64,000 nt of DNA, taken from assembly GCA_965205025.1 (NCBI GenBank), contig CBDBFU010000029.1, positions 1-64,000 of the forward strand, in the 5' to 3' direction. Numbering within the stretch: the first letter of the stretch is position 1; each line of letters opens with the position of its first letter. Below, piece after piece: positions 1-9,571 of the stretch. Below the pieces are notes generated by a model. That model worked only from the letters and a program-made list of their open reading frames with translations, did not search any database and was not told the origin of the DNA. This stretch comes from Candidatus Poribacteria bacterium (GTDB lineage Bacteria; Poribacteria; WGA-4E; WGA-3G). The position numbers were made by a program, and so were the translations under genes.

Positions 1-411
1 AAGAGGAACCCGATCACATGTCCAAATACCTGGTGATCTATCCGAATTTGGAGCTTTCTTGGCAATGATCTGATCCCAACCACCAGAGTTAGCTTTTGTG
101 AAATTCACCCAAAAAAGGAAAGTATTATCCTTATATGACTCTAATTCTTTAAATGAATCTACAGTTACACTTGAGGAATTAGTATCGCATAATAATGCAC
201 CTTTTCCGTGCACAGCATCATCAGTGACAATTTTCGCGTCAGCAACAATTGTTGCATCATTGCCACCACCAGTTTCGTCAATAATCTTACCACCACTCTC
301 TTTGTCAAAACTGAAGTACAGGATTAAACCGTCGTCTTTAACAGCCGCATCTGCAGTGTGAAGTCCACCCATTAATAGGATTAGGACAGACAAATATACC
401 ACTAATTTCAT
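1..411 (-). CDS. LamG-like jellyroll domain secreted protein (runs off window edge)
   Basis: Manual translation from ATG at 411, with a GGAGG RBS upstream: MKLVVYLSVLILLMGGLHTADAAVKDDGLILYFSFD...WDQIIAKKAPNSDRSPGIW. Clear paralogue of 2054..2833. Absent from the ORF track because it has no stop in the window. Confidence 0.85.
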   Translation of the reverse strand, partial: MKLVVYLSVLILLMGGLHTADAAVKDDGLILYFSFDKESGGKIIDETGGGNDATIVADAKIVTDDAVHGKGALLCDTNSSSVTVDSFKELESYKDNTFLFWVNFTKANSGGWDQIIAKKAPNSDRSPGIWTCDRVPL

Positions 412-628
412 TTTTTACCTCCGTGATTGAGTTTTGGTCCAATTCTTATTATCACTATAAAGAACAGTTTTATAGTCTCATTATACTATATTAGAGTAGA
501 TTAAATGTCAAGAAAAAAGCGTTGATGGATGTTTAAATAATTTGTTATTAGTATTTATAATTTTCTACCATTCCTAATCTGTATTTTCGCTTAATTTCTT
601 TTGATTGAAATGTAATCTGAATAATGGT

Positions 629-1780
629 GGGTGTGTAAAATATTTGGCATGAATATTACGGAATCATAGGGTTCTTTTTTCCATGTATTATATTGAACCG
701 AGGGTAATTTTACTGTAATTTTGCTGTTTTTTATATTCACAATAGTAATATTTTAGCTATTTATAGGTTGAATAAAGTTACACTTTTTGTCACATGGTGT
801 GACATTGATAAAACCCCTCTCCCGTCAGTACTACAGTGGGTTTAGAGCCATTTTTTTAAGGTCACAAGAATTTGTAAAAATTATAAAGTTGGGTTGAATT
901 TTGTGTCTTTTACTTTTCTCTTTGATCCATTGATTTAGGATTGTTTGAATGTGAAGTTTCTTATCCATCCATTTTGACATGGTATTAGAATATATTCGAT
1001 AAATCATAGATTCGGAGGATTCTTTGTACGTGCCATTTGCTATATTTTGAACCAACGGACGGGGAAACACCAATTCTATGAAGAGAATTATATCTGTATG
1101 GACGATTCGTAGTAATGAGATACACTGTAGTTTACTGTTGTGCATGATAGTCTGTTTTGTTTGAAGTCGGTCTAATTTTTAGTTTTTCAAGTTTTTTTAG
1201 TTGCTTTTTAAGAAATGATTTTTTAATGAGCCGTAAACCGTGTTGGGGGTTGGGATAACAAAGGATTTGATTAATAGGTGTAAAATTTTAAAATTAGAAA
1301 AACTAAAAAAATATTCGGTTGAATTCGCATTGATTTTTCTCTGTATCTGCTTATAAGGTGATAATTCTGAATATTTTCGTTGTAATTCTAACATGGATTT
1401 TCCTATTTCCCAGATAGTGGATTTGGTTTAATTTGGCATAAAGTTTAGAAGCCTAAATAATTAGCCAAAATAATTAGAAGAGAGTTACGCTTTCACGATA
1501 TAAACAATATTTCGTATCTTCCAAGTAATGTGTTATCTTTAGTTTATAATTAGTGAACGATATAGTATTGTATCATTTTATTTGCATTTTGACAAATATT
1601 TTTAATTTATTTTATATTATTGTGATATATGTGTGTTAGTTGTTAGACGTTCCTATTTTCTTCAATTTTTTTAAGTCTTATGGAAAAAGTGTGAAATTAG
1701 AATTTGATACAGTTTATATTAAGAACATGTATTTGATCCGTTTCTATTACGTAAATTAATGCCAAAAACTTTACACACCC
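629..1780. mobile_element. Degenerate AT-rich element with ~30-bp imperfect terminal inverted repeats
   Basis: GGGTGTGTAAAATATTTGGCATGAATATTACG (629-660) pairs with CGTAAATTAATGCCAAAAACTTTACACACCC (1750-1780). Internal motif and right end are shared with 21374..22586. Confidence 0.5.
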
Positions 1781-2053
1781 CTACTGATTATCTTATGAGT
1801 GAAATGTAATCTGAATAATGGTTGCACGAATTTCATATTTCATATATGATTTTAAATATATGATTTTAACTTGACAGATTTAATCCTATCTTGTAAAATT
1901 GTTTTAATTATATGAAAAGTGTGTTTTCTTTAATCCTGAAGAAAATATACAGAATCCTAATAATAAATGCAACTGATTCTCAGGATCGTATAAACAAGCT
2001 TTTCTCACCAAACTAAATAGTAGTTATTGTATATCATGAGGAGGAATTAACTC

Positions 2054-2833
2054 ATGCGTTTTTTGATTTATCTTTTTGTTGCTACGCTGTTCTGTGTTGG
2101 TACAGTTCTCTCCACAGAAGCTGCATTGGATGATAAACTCGCGCTTTACTTCAGTTTTGATAAAGACATAGATGGTACAGTCTATGATGGAACTGGAAAC
2201 GGAAATCACGGTACTATTAATCTTGCAACTATTAATGCTGATGATAAAAAAGTTGGATTAGCATCATTGGAGATAAAGGATGCTAATGCCAGCGTTGAAG
2301 TTGAATCGTTTTTTGACTTAGAAGTCTACCAAGATAATAGTTATGTATTTTGGCTTAACTTTATCTCAGCTCATAATGGTGCATGGAGTCAGATTTTTGC
2401 TAAAAAAGCTCCTGCTTCTGATCGTTCTCCCGGTGTCTGGATTTGTCCCAACTCTCTAAATATCCATTATAGATTTAACCCTGGGAACAAAGGTACCGGT
2501 TGTGTTGGTCCTGGAGGTGAAGGTAAATTATTTGAAACAAATAATTGGTATCATATTGCTGGTATCAAAGAGAGTGGTAAATTTAGATTCTTCATAGACG
2601 GTGAACAAATTGAAGAGCACGATGTCCCATCTCCGCACGCTCAAGGTCCAGAGAAACTCTATATCGGTAAAACAGGTTATCGATCCGCAACATTCTTAAT
2701 GGATGACTTTTTCCTTTTCACAAGAGCAATTTCTGCCGATGAAGTGAATGCGATTATGAATGGTCAACTCATAGCTGTTGAACCGCAAGATAAATTAACC
2801 ACTACATGGGGCATTATCAAAGCAAAACAGTAA
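2054..2833 (+). CDS. LamG-like jellyroll domain secreted protein
   Basis: Signal peptide, LYFSFD...DGTGNGNHG, WYHIAG, MDDF motifs, C-terminal AVEPQDKLTTTWGIIK. GAGGAGG RBS. Confidence 0.88.
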   Translation: MRFLIYLFVATLFCVGTVLSTEAALDDKLALYFSFDKDIDGTVYDGTGNGNHGTINLATINADDKKVGLASLEIKDANASVEVESFFDLEVYQDNSYVFWLNFISAHNGAWSQIFAKKAPASDRSPGVWICPNSLNIHYRFNPGNKGTGCVGPGGEGKLFETNNWYHIAGIKESGKFRFFIDGEQIEEHDVPSPHAQGPEKLYIGKTGYRSATFLMDDFFLFTRAISADEVNAIMNGQLIAVEPQDKLTTTWGIIKAKQ

Positions 2834-2870
2834 TCAAACTAATACCTCATTCTTATTAGTGTTATTCTTG

Positions 2871-2902
2871 AGAGGGGAAAATTTATGTTTATTTTCCCCT
2901 CT
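2871..2902 (+). terminator. Hairpin, probable intrinsic terminator
   Basis: AGAGGGGAAAAT...ATTTTCCCCTCT inverted repeat just after the LamG stop codon. Confidence 0.55.
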
Positions 2903-2935
2903 AATCTTTATTAATCTACAATTGGATTTAAGCAC

Positions 2936-4249
2936 ATGAAAAAGTCGCTTCAGATGTGCTTATATTTGTTAATATTTTCTCAAATCGTATTATGCTCTGT
3001 TTGGTGTGAAACTAATTTACTACCGAATGATCCTGTTGATCTTGGTATACACTATTTAGAGATGGAGCAATATGATAAGGCTTATGATGCATTTGATGCT
3101 GTAAGAAGAAAAGAACCCAGTAGCGGTATCTATTGTCATATTGGAATTGTCCTACAAGAACAAAATAGACTCAGCGATGCAGTAGATGCATATCAAAAAG
3201 CCTTAACCTATTCCGCACCCAAACCAATCCATTCCTCTGCCCACCTGCATTTAGGAATCGTCTACAAAGCACAAGGGAAATTAGAGCTTGCAGAAACACA
3301 TCTTCAGGAATCCATTGCACGCGTACCTAATACAGTCCAGGCATATATCCACCTTGGTGAAACATATCTTCGACAAAATCAATTGGACAAGGCTAAAAAA
3401 GCATATCGTCATAGTATACAATTGAGCTCTATTTATACTGAATCCTACTATGGTTTAGGTAGAGTAGAAGAATTACAAAATAATTTCAGCTCTGCAATAC
3501 AACAATATCGTCATGCCATTGAGAAAAATCCATACGCTCCTGACGCATATTATCGTCTTTCATTAGTTCTTCGGCGTATAGATAAGACTGAAGAAGCTGA
3601 AGTAGCCATGCAACAGTTTAAGAAAATGAAGAATTATACTGATAATGTTCACAGATTCCGAGAGACGATTTATAAGAATCCGAATAATCCTATCTTGTAT
3701 CTGAAGTTAGGAGAATTACACAAACACCATGATAATCAATTTGATGCACAACGTGTTTACCAGATGGCAATCTCTCTATATCCGACTTATCTACCTGTAT
3801 ATCACAGTCTTGGTGAAGTCTTAATCCACAAGAGAGAGTTAGAAAAGGCAACGACTGTTTATCATAAAATCACGGAAATTGAACCTGACGATGTCCAAGC
3901 ATATCTGAAATTAGGCGTGATATATATAAATCGTAAGCAATATGACCCAGCAATAAATTCATTCAAACAAGCAATAAAAGTCGATAAAACCTCTGCTGAA
4001 GCCTATAATAACCTGGCTCGTGTTTATGCAGGACTTGGAGATAAAACAGTTGAAGCAATTCATCTGGCGAAGAAAGCAATTGAGATTTCACCGATCTCCA
4101 GACATTATGACACTCTTGCTTACTCATATTTCCGCAACAAACAATATACTGAAGCCTTAGCTGCTATCGAACACGCACTCACATTGTCACCAGGGGTTAA
4201 AGCTTATGAAAGTCTTCGATCTGAAATCCAAGAAAAAATCCAAGAGTAA
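2936..4249 (+). CDS. Tetratricopeptide repeat protein, exported
   Basis: N-terminal hydrophobic signal and about 11 TPR-like repeats (e.g. AYIHLGETY, AYLKLGVIY, AYNNLARVY). Confidence 0.9.
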   Translation: MKKSLQMCLYLLIFSQIVLCSVWCETNLLPNDPVDLGIHYLEMEQYDKAYDAFDAVRRKEPSSGIYCHIGIVLQEQNRLSDAVDAYQKALTYSAPKPIHSSAHLHLGIVYKAQGKLELAETHLQESIARVPNTVQAYIHLGETYLRQNQLDKAKKAYRHSIQLSSIYTESYYGLGRVEELQNNFSSAIQQYRHAIEKNPYAPDAYYRLSLVLRRIDKTEEAEVAMQQFKKMKNYTDNVHRFRETIYKNPNNPILYLKLGELHKHHDNQFDAQRVYQMAISLYPTYLPVYHSLGEVLIHKRELEKATTVYHKITEIEPDDVQAYLKLGVIYINRKQYDPAINSFKQAIKVDKTSAEAYNNLARVYAGLGDKTVEAIHLAKKAIEISPISRHYDTLAYSYFRNKQYTEALAAIEHALTLSPGVKAYESLRSEIQEKIQE

Positions 4250-4362
4250 TTAAGGCAATTGATTAGAAAGGACATTCCGTGTTGATGTATGAATCCATCA
4301 GATTGAATGAATCTTTTCAATCTCCTTGAAAGATAATATGGTGGATTGAAGGATGTTTATTT

Positions 4363-4923
4363 ATGAATGGTGAACAGATTAATGTCGTCGGTCTCTGTGG
4401 GAGTTTACGTAAAGGCAGTACTACACATGCAGCCTTAAGAATAGCTCTTTCAGGAGCAAAAAATGAAGGTGCTAAGGTAGAATTATTAGATCTTAATGAG
4501 TATAAATTAATCTTTCATGGTGCGGTAAATGATGAATCTGATTATCCCCCAGATGTATTCAGATTAAAAGAAAAAGTGAAAAATGCTCACGGTATTCTCC
4601 TTGGTACCCCAGAATATCATGGTAGTTTTAGTGGTGTTCTAAAAAACGCATTAGATTTTATGTGGTACGAGGAATTTGAAAACAAAGCGGTCGGTTTGAT
4701 AGGTGTTTCTGGCGGAAGAATGGGAGCAGGGAATGCACTCTCTATGTTGAGAACAGTTGGGGCTACACTCCGGGCATTTGTTATACCAAAAGAAGTATCC
4801 ATCTCAATAGCATCCGAGGCATTTGATGCTGATGGAAACACACTCGATCCGGAATTGACTACACGGTTGAGATCTATTGGAGTTCAAGTGGTCCAATTTG
4901 CAAAACTGTTATTATCAACTTAG
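4363..4923 (+). CDS. NADPH-dependent FMN reductase (flavodoxin-like)
   Basis: GSLRKGS and TPEYHGSFSGVLKNALD motifs. Confidence 0.92.
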   Translation: MNGEQINVVGLCGSLRKGSTTHAALRIALSGAKNEGAKVELLDLNEYKLIFHGAVNDESDYPPDVFRLKEKVKNAHGILLGTPEYHGSFSGVLKNALDFMWYEEFENKAVGLIGVSGGRMGAGNALSMLRTVGATLRAFVIPKEVSISIASEAFDADGNTLDPELTTRLRSIGVQVVQFAKLLLST

Positions 4924-4936
4924 AAAATACATAAAT

Positions 4937-5605
4937 ATGGATACAATACATAACTGGAAAGAATGGATTGGTACGGATGAATCTGGAAAGGGGGATTACT
5001 TCGGTCCTTTGGTGGTCGTAGGGGTTTATGTAAATTCTGATTGCACAGAAAAATTCAAAGAACAAGGAATTGTCGACGGTAAGAAAATAACCATGAAACG
5101 GATTCAGAAATTTGCTGAATGGCTATGGAAACATTATGAAGAAAATATAGTTGTTATAAAAAAAATGCCAAGTGACTACAATTCTGTATATGATAAGTTG
5201 AAAAAACAGAATAAAAATCTGAATGATATGCTTGCAGATATGCATATTGAGACAATAAGAAGACTTTCATCACAGACAGGTATAAAAAACGGAATCATAG
5301 ATAAATTCTCATACCACGATATAATCACTCCAAGATTACAAGGGAATAATTTTCAATTAGTATTGGTGCCGGATGGAGAAAGAGACATTGCAGTTGCTGC
5401 TGCTTCCATTATAGCACGCGATACTTTCAGAAGAGAACTAACTTCCTTATCAGAAGATTACAAGTTGAATCTACCACCAGGTGCTAATAATGTTATCAAT
5501 GTTGGAAGAGAATTCATACGAATACATGGTGAAGAGAACTTAAAGCATATAGCAAAACTACATTTTAAAACAACTTTACAAGTTCTAAATCAGAAATCTG
5601 ATTGA
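4937..5605 (+). CDS. rnhC: Ribonuclease HIII-type RNase H (catalytic domain only)
   Basis: IGTDESGKGDYFGPLVV, AVAAASIIAR and AKLHFKTT motifs. ATG at 4937 avoids overlap with the upstream gene. Confidence 0.85.
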   Translation: MDTIHNWKEWIGTDESGKGDYFGPLVVVGVYVNSDCTEKFKEQGIVDGKKITMKRIQKFAEWLWKHYEENIVVIKKMPSDYNSVYDKLKKQNKNLNDMLADMHIETIRRLSSQTGIKNGIIDKFSYHDIITPRLQGNNFQLVLVPDGERDIAVAAASIIARDTFRRELTSLSEDYKLNLPPGANNVINVGREFIRIHGEENLKHIAKLHFKTTLQVLNQKSD

Positions 5606-5711
5606 AAGGTATTACAATTTCCATGTTAACACCTGAATTTCATAATAGGTAATATCAAGCCTATCCATACATGTTATTTATGGATACTATATTTTGTTTG
5701 GAATCAAATTT

Positions 5712-6893
5712 ATGGAAAATACTGATAGATTTTTTAGTATACATTATGCCGAAGTAGGTCTTAAAGGTAAGAATAGAGCGTATTTTGAAAAAAGACTCGT
5801 TCGAAATATCAAGTTATCTCTTCAAGGCACTGGATACACTGAAGTGAGAAGACTTCACGATAGGATATTAGTCCTGTTGGATAAGAATACAGACATATCT
5901 GCAATAGAAAAACGTTTGAAACGAGTCATGGGGATTGCCCATTTTGAACTTGTAAATCTATCGGACAAAGACATGTCTGCAATTAAAGAAATATCCCTTA
6001 AATCGATCGAGGGAAAAGATTTTGAGACACTCAAAGTTGAGACAAAGAGATCAGATAAGAATTTTCCTTTAACATCCCCTGAGATCAGTAAAGAAATAGG
6101 TGGATACCTGATACAGAATACAGGATACCGAGCAGATATGCACAACCCTGATTTGACAGTACGCATAGATATTTCTCGACATGATGTATATATTTATTCG
6201 GATAAACAAACAGGGATTGGAGGGTTACCAGTGGGTGTTAGCGGTAAAGTACTTGTAATGCTATCTGGGGGTATTGATTCACCTGTTGCAGCCTGGAGAA
6301 TGATTAAACGCGGAGCAAAAGCAGTTTTTATTCATTTTTTTAGTTATCCGTATACAGATAAGGCTTCATTGGAAAAAGTAATGGAATTAGCACGTATTCT
6401 ATCAGAATCCAATTATCGAAGTACAGTCTACCTAATTCCATTTGCTGATCTTCAACAAATTATAGTATCAGAAACACCTGCCCCTTATCGAGTCTTACTT
6501 TATAGAAGATTGATGACACGCATTGCTGAACGTGTTGCAATTCTTGCGGATGCAGAAGCACTTGTAACAGGAGAAAGTTTAGCACAAGTTGCCTCCCAGA
6601 CTCTTACAAACCTTAGATCGATCGAATCAATTGCAGAAATCCCAATTCTACGTCCATTAATTGGGGATGATAAAGCGGATATAATAGAAAAAGCTCAACA
6701 GATAGGCACTTTTGATGTATCCACTTTACCGCATCAGGATTGCTGTTCGTTGTTTGTTCCAAAACATCCCGCAACACGTGCATCTGTTGAGGATTTAGAT
6801 TATGCAGAAAAGGGGTTGGATATTACTGCTCTTGTTGAAAAAGCAATAGATGGAATGGAAAAGAAGATTGTCGATTATGATTATGAGTATTAG
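5712..6893 (+). CDS. thiI: tRNA 4-thiouridine(8) synthase ThiI
   Basis: HYAEVGLKGKNR N-terminus, THUMP domain, PP-loop SGGIDSPVA, GESLAQVASQT and DCC motifs. Confidence 0.95.
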   Translation: MENTDRFFSIHYAEVGLKGKNRAYFEKRLVRNIKLSLQGTGYTEVRRLHDRILVLLDKNTDISAIEKRLKRVMGIAHFELVNLSDKDMSAIKEISLKSIEGKDFETLKVETKRSDKNFPLTSPEISKEIGGYLIQNTGYRADMHNPDLTVRIDISRHDVYIYSDKQTGIGGLPVGVSGKVLVMLSGGIDSPVAAWRMIKRGAKAVFIHFFSYPYTDKASLEKVMELARILSESNYRSTVYLIPFADLQQIIVSETPAPYRVLLYRRLMTRIAERVAILADAEALVTGESLAQVASQTLTNLRSIESIAEIPILRPLIGDDKADIIEKAQQIGTFDVSTLPHQDCCSLFVPKHPATRASVEDLDYAEKGLDITALVEKAIDGMEKKIVDYDYEY

Positions 6894-6908
6894 AGATCAC
6901 ATAAGATG

Positions 6909-7052
6909 AACGTGAGTTTGATAAGACACATTGTAACCCGAACTTTTAGTTAACACCAGAGTGCACAAACTGGAAAGTTTGTGCTACAAAGACTATCTTC
7001 AGGGCGAAGTTCTGTTTGTCGAACTGACATTTTTTATTATCAAACTGGCGTT
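6909..7052. mobile_element. MITE (TIR AACGTGAGTTTGATAA) enclosing a GTAG-type REP hairpin
   Basis: The left end AACGTGAGTTTGATAA pairs with the right end TTATCAAACTGGCGTT. Central GCACAAACT-GGAA-AGTTTGTGCTAC. The same right TIR occurs at 32864-32879. Confidence 0.6.
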
Positions 7053-7107
7053 AAGATGATAGTTCCTAAAATTAAATGAATCTCAAATATTATACTCGGT
7101 TAAAACC

Positions 7108-8100
7108 ATGGAAAAGATACTACTGATCCGCCTCAGTTCCCTTGGAGACATAGTATTAACAACCCCTGCTATTCGTGCGATTCGATCACATCATCCCACT
7201 GCATACATTGCAATGTTGGTAGCCAAACAATCTGCTGATATATTGCATCATAATCCCCATCTTAATGAGATAATACTTTTTGACAGATTAGCGAAAAATA
7301 AAGATACAGGAGAGATGTACCGCATACTCCGAATATTAAGAGCACAGAAATTCTCTCTATCCTTTGATTTCCAACGTAAATTCCGTACTGAACTCCTTAT
7401 GTACTTATCTGGGGTAACCGAACGGGTTGGTAAGGGAATTCTTTCTACTATACGTGTTCCTGAATCTGGTAACAAACACGCTACTGAACACTATTTTGAT
7501 CTGTTAAATGCTGCAGGAATACCTGCTGACAATAGACAATTAGAAGTCTTCCTTCATGAGTCAGAACGGTCTAAGGCAGGTAAATTATTCAAACATGAAG
7601 GTATTGATGATGAGGATTTAACAGTTGGATTATTCCCAGGGGCAGGTTGGAAGTTGCGTGAATGGATGCCCGAACGTTTTGCCGCGATAGGAGATAAACT
7701 TGTTACTGAATTCAATGCAAAAGTAGTAATATTCGGTGGTCCTAACGATGTAGATCTTGTGAATCATATATCCAACACGATGGATGAATGCTCGTATAAT
7801 TTTGCTGGAAAACTTAACATCCGTGAATTAGCCTCATGTGTAGAAAAGTGTACCCTTTTTATATCAAACGATACTGGACCAATGCACATTGCTACGGCTG
7901 TAAACACCCCTACTGTTGCCCTCTTTGGGCCAGGGAATCACATACGGTTTCAACCAATTGGTGACATTCATACACTTATCAGGTATGAGGTACCCTGCAG
8001 TCCATGTAAACAGTTTACTGATAAATGCAAAGATAATATCTGTATGAAAGGAATTACTGTTGATGTTGTATGGGAATCCATTTGTCAAGCACTTAATTGA
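7108..8100 (+). CDS. Glycosyltransferase family 9 (LPS heptosyltransferase, WaaF-like)
   Basis: RLSSLGDIVL, PGAGWKLREW, SNDTGPMHIA and ALFGP motifs; CSPC...C...CM tail. Confidence 0.92.
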   Translation: MEKILLIRLSSLGDIVLTTPAIRAIRSHHPTAYIAMLVAKQSADILHHNPHLNEIILFDRLAKNKDTGEMYRILRILRAQKFSLSFDFQRKFRTELLMYLSGVTERVGKGILSTIRVPESGNKHATEHYFDLLNAAGIPADNRQLEVFLHESERSKAGKLFKHEGIDDEDLTVGLFPGAGWKLREWMPERFAAIGDKLVTEFNAKVVIFGGPNDVDLVNHISNTMDECSYNFAGKLNIRELASCVEKCTLFISNDTGPMHIATAVNTPTVALFGPGNHIRFQPIGDIHTLIRYEVPCSPCKQFTDKCKDNICMKGITVDVVWESICQALN

Positions 8101-8255
8101 AGATAGGTGTGCCAACTATTTATCACTTTACTAAATACCAATTCGTTGTTAACATCATAAAATGAGAATTCTTAAAAATTAAATTGCCCTGACTTATTCA
8201 CGATAGTAATGCCTGTTGAAATTGTATGTTATCTGTGATATTCTACTGCTAAATT

Positions 8256-9308
8256 ATGCCGAATTTACAACCTAAATCTCATAAGATAGTCATACTTGCC
8301 GAAGGCTCATTTGGTGTTCTTGAATCCAAGACTGCTACTGTTCTGGTTCGCTATCTACCTGATAATGTTATCGGAGTGATTGACAGTACAAATGCGGGGA
8401 AAGATGTAAGTGAGGTAATAGAGATTGGTAAAGGTATACCAATCCTAAGTAGCTTGTCTGCAGCAATGGAATTACAACCAACGATGTTGGCTATCGGTAT
8501 TGCTCCACCAGGTGGTGAATTACCACCTGAATGGCGTTCTATTATATGTGATGCGATTGAATCGGGATTGCATGTTATGAGCGGTCTCCACCACTTTTTG
8601 AGTGAAGATGTAGAATTAAGAGAATTGGCAGAAAAACAAAATGTCACCCTATGGGATGCACGTAAACCACCAGATGATTTACCTGTTGCAACCTGTAAAG
8701 CTGGGGATGTAGATGCCTCTGTAATTCTTACTGTGGGTTCTGATTGCCGTGTTGGTAAGATGTTATCTGGAATAGAAATTACAAAGGAAGCAATTGCCCG
8801 TGGACTCAATGCGGAGTTTTGTCCCACAGGACAAAATGGAATCATGGTATGGGGATGGGGTATTGCGATTGATGCTGTAGTCTCAGACTTTACTGCTGGT
8901 GCTGCTGAAGAGATAGTGCTTAAAGGAGCTAAAGGACACGATTTACTAATTGTTGAAGGACAAGGGTCATTAGTACATCCTGGATACTCAGGTGTCACCT
9001 TAAGCCTACTACACGGGAGTATGCCAGATGCCATGATTTTTTGTCATCAACCTTCAAGAGAAATAGTTGCACGATATTCAGTTCCTTTACCACCCTTAAC
9101 CGAAATGATAACACATTATGAGATGTTAACTGCTCCGATTAAACCCGCCAAGGTAATTGGTATCGCTTTAAATTGTTACGATTTGTCTGAAACAGAAGCA
9201 GAAATAGCAATTGACTCAGTAGAGAATGAAACAGGACTTCCAGCAACGGATGTTGTTCGGTTTGGAGCGGAAAAATTGGTTGATGCCATACAAGAATGTA
9301 GTATGTAG
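8256..9308 (+). CDS. DUF1611 family P-loop protein (DgcN-like D-glutamate N-acetyltransferase)
   Basis: KTATVLVRY, GIAPPGG, TVGSDCRVGKM, TGQNGI and VEGQGSLVHPGYSGVTLSLLHG motifs. Confidence 0.85.
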   Translation: MPNLQPKSHKIVILAEGSFGVLESKTATVLVRYLPDNVIGVIDSTNAGKDVSEVIEIGKGIPILSSLSAAMELQPTMLAIGIAPPGGELPPEWRSIICDAIESGLHVMSGLHHFLSEDVELRELAEKQNVTLWDARKPPDDLPVATCKAGDVDASVILTVGSDCRVGKMLSGIEITKEAIARGLNAEFCPTGQNGIMVWGWGIAIDAVVSDFTAGAAEEIVLKGAKGHDLLIVEGQGSLVHPGYSGVTLSLLHGSMPDAMIFCHQPSREIVARYSVPLPPLTEMITHYEMLTAPIKPAKVIGIALNCYDLSETEAEIAIDSVENETGLPATDVVRFGAEKLVDAIQECSM

Positions 9309-9338
9309 GATTCGTTTTAGTCTATATAATTTAATTAC

Positions 9339-9451
9339 TACCATTTTTAAATAATGATCACCCTTATTAATTAAAGAAACCCCCTAAATCCCCCTTATCA
9401 GGGGGACTACTAAAAGTATTCATAATGGGAACTATTTAAATAGAAATGGTA
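9339..9451. mobile_element. MITE (TIR TACCATTT...) with 3-bp TAC target duplication
   Basis: TAC|TACCATTTTTAAAT...TAGAAATGGTA|TAC, with internal TCCCCC-TTATCA-GGGGGA hairpin. It sits at the loop of a 17-bp-arm palindrome between convergent genes. Confidence 0.65.
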
Positions 9452-9571
9452 TACTTTGGTAGTTAAATTATATAGTTTCTCTGGACCGAAAACAATATCT
9501 TAATTCAAATACCAACCGACTAAGTATCAATACATTCTAACTCTTATTATTCTTATAATCCGTAATCAGTT

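Noticed and set aside
8351-9034. 227-aa antisense ORF and the many other short shadow ORFs
   Set aside because: They lie opposite or within well-supported genes and have no recognisable motifs.
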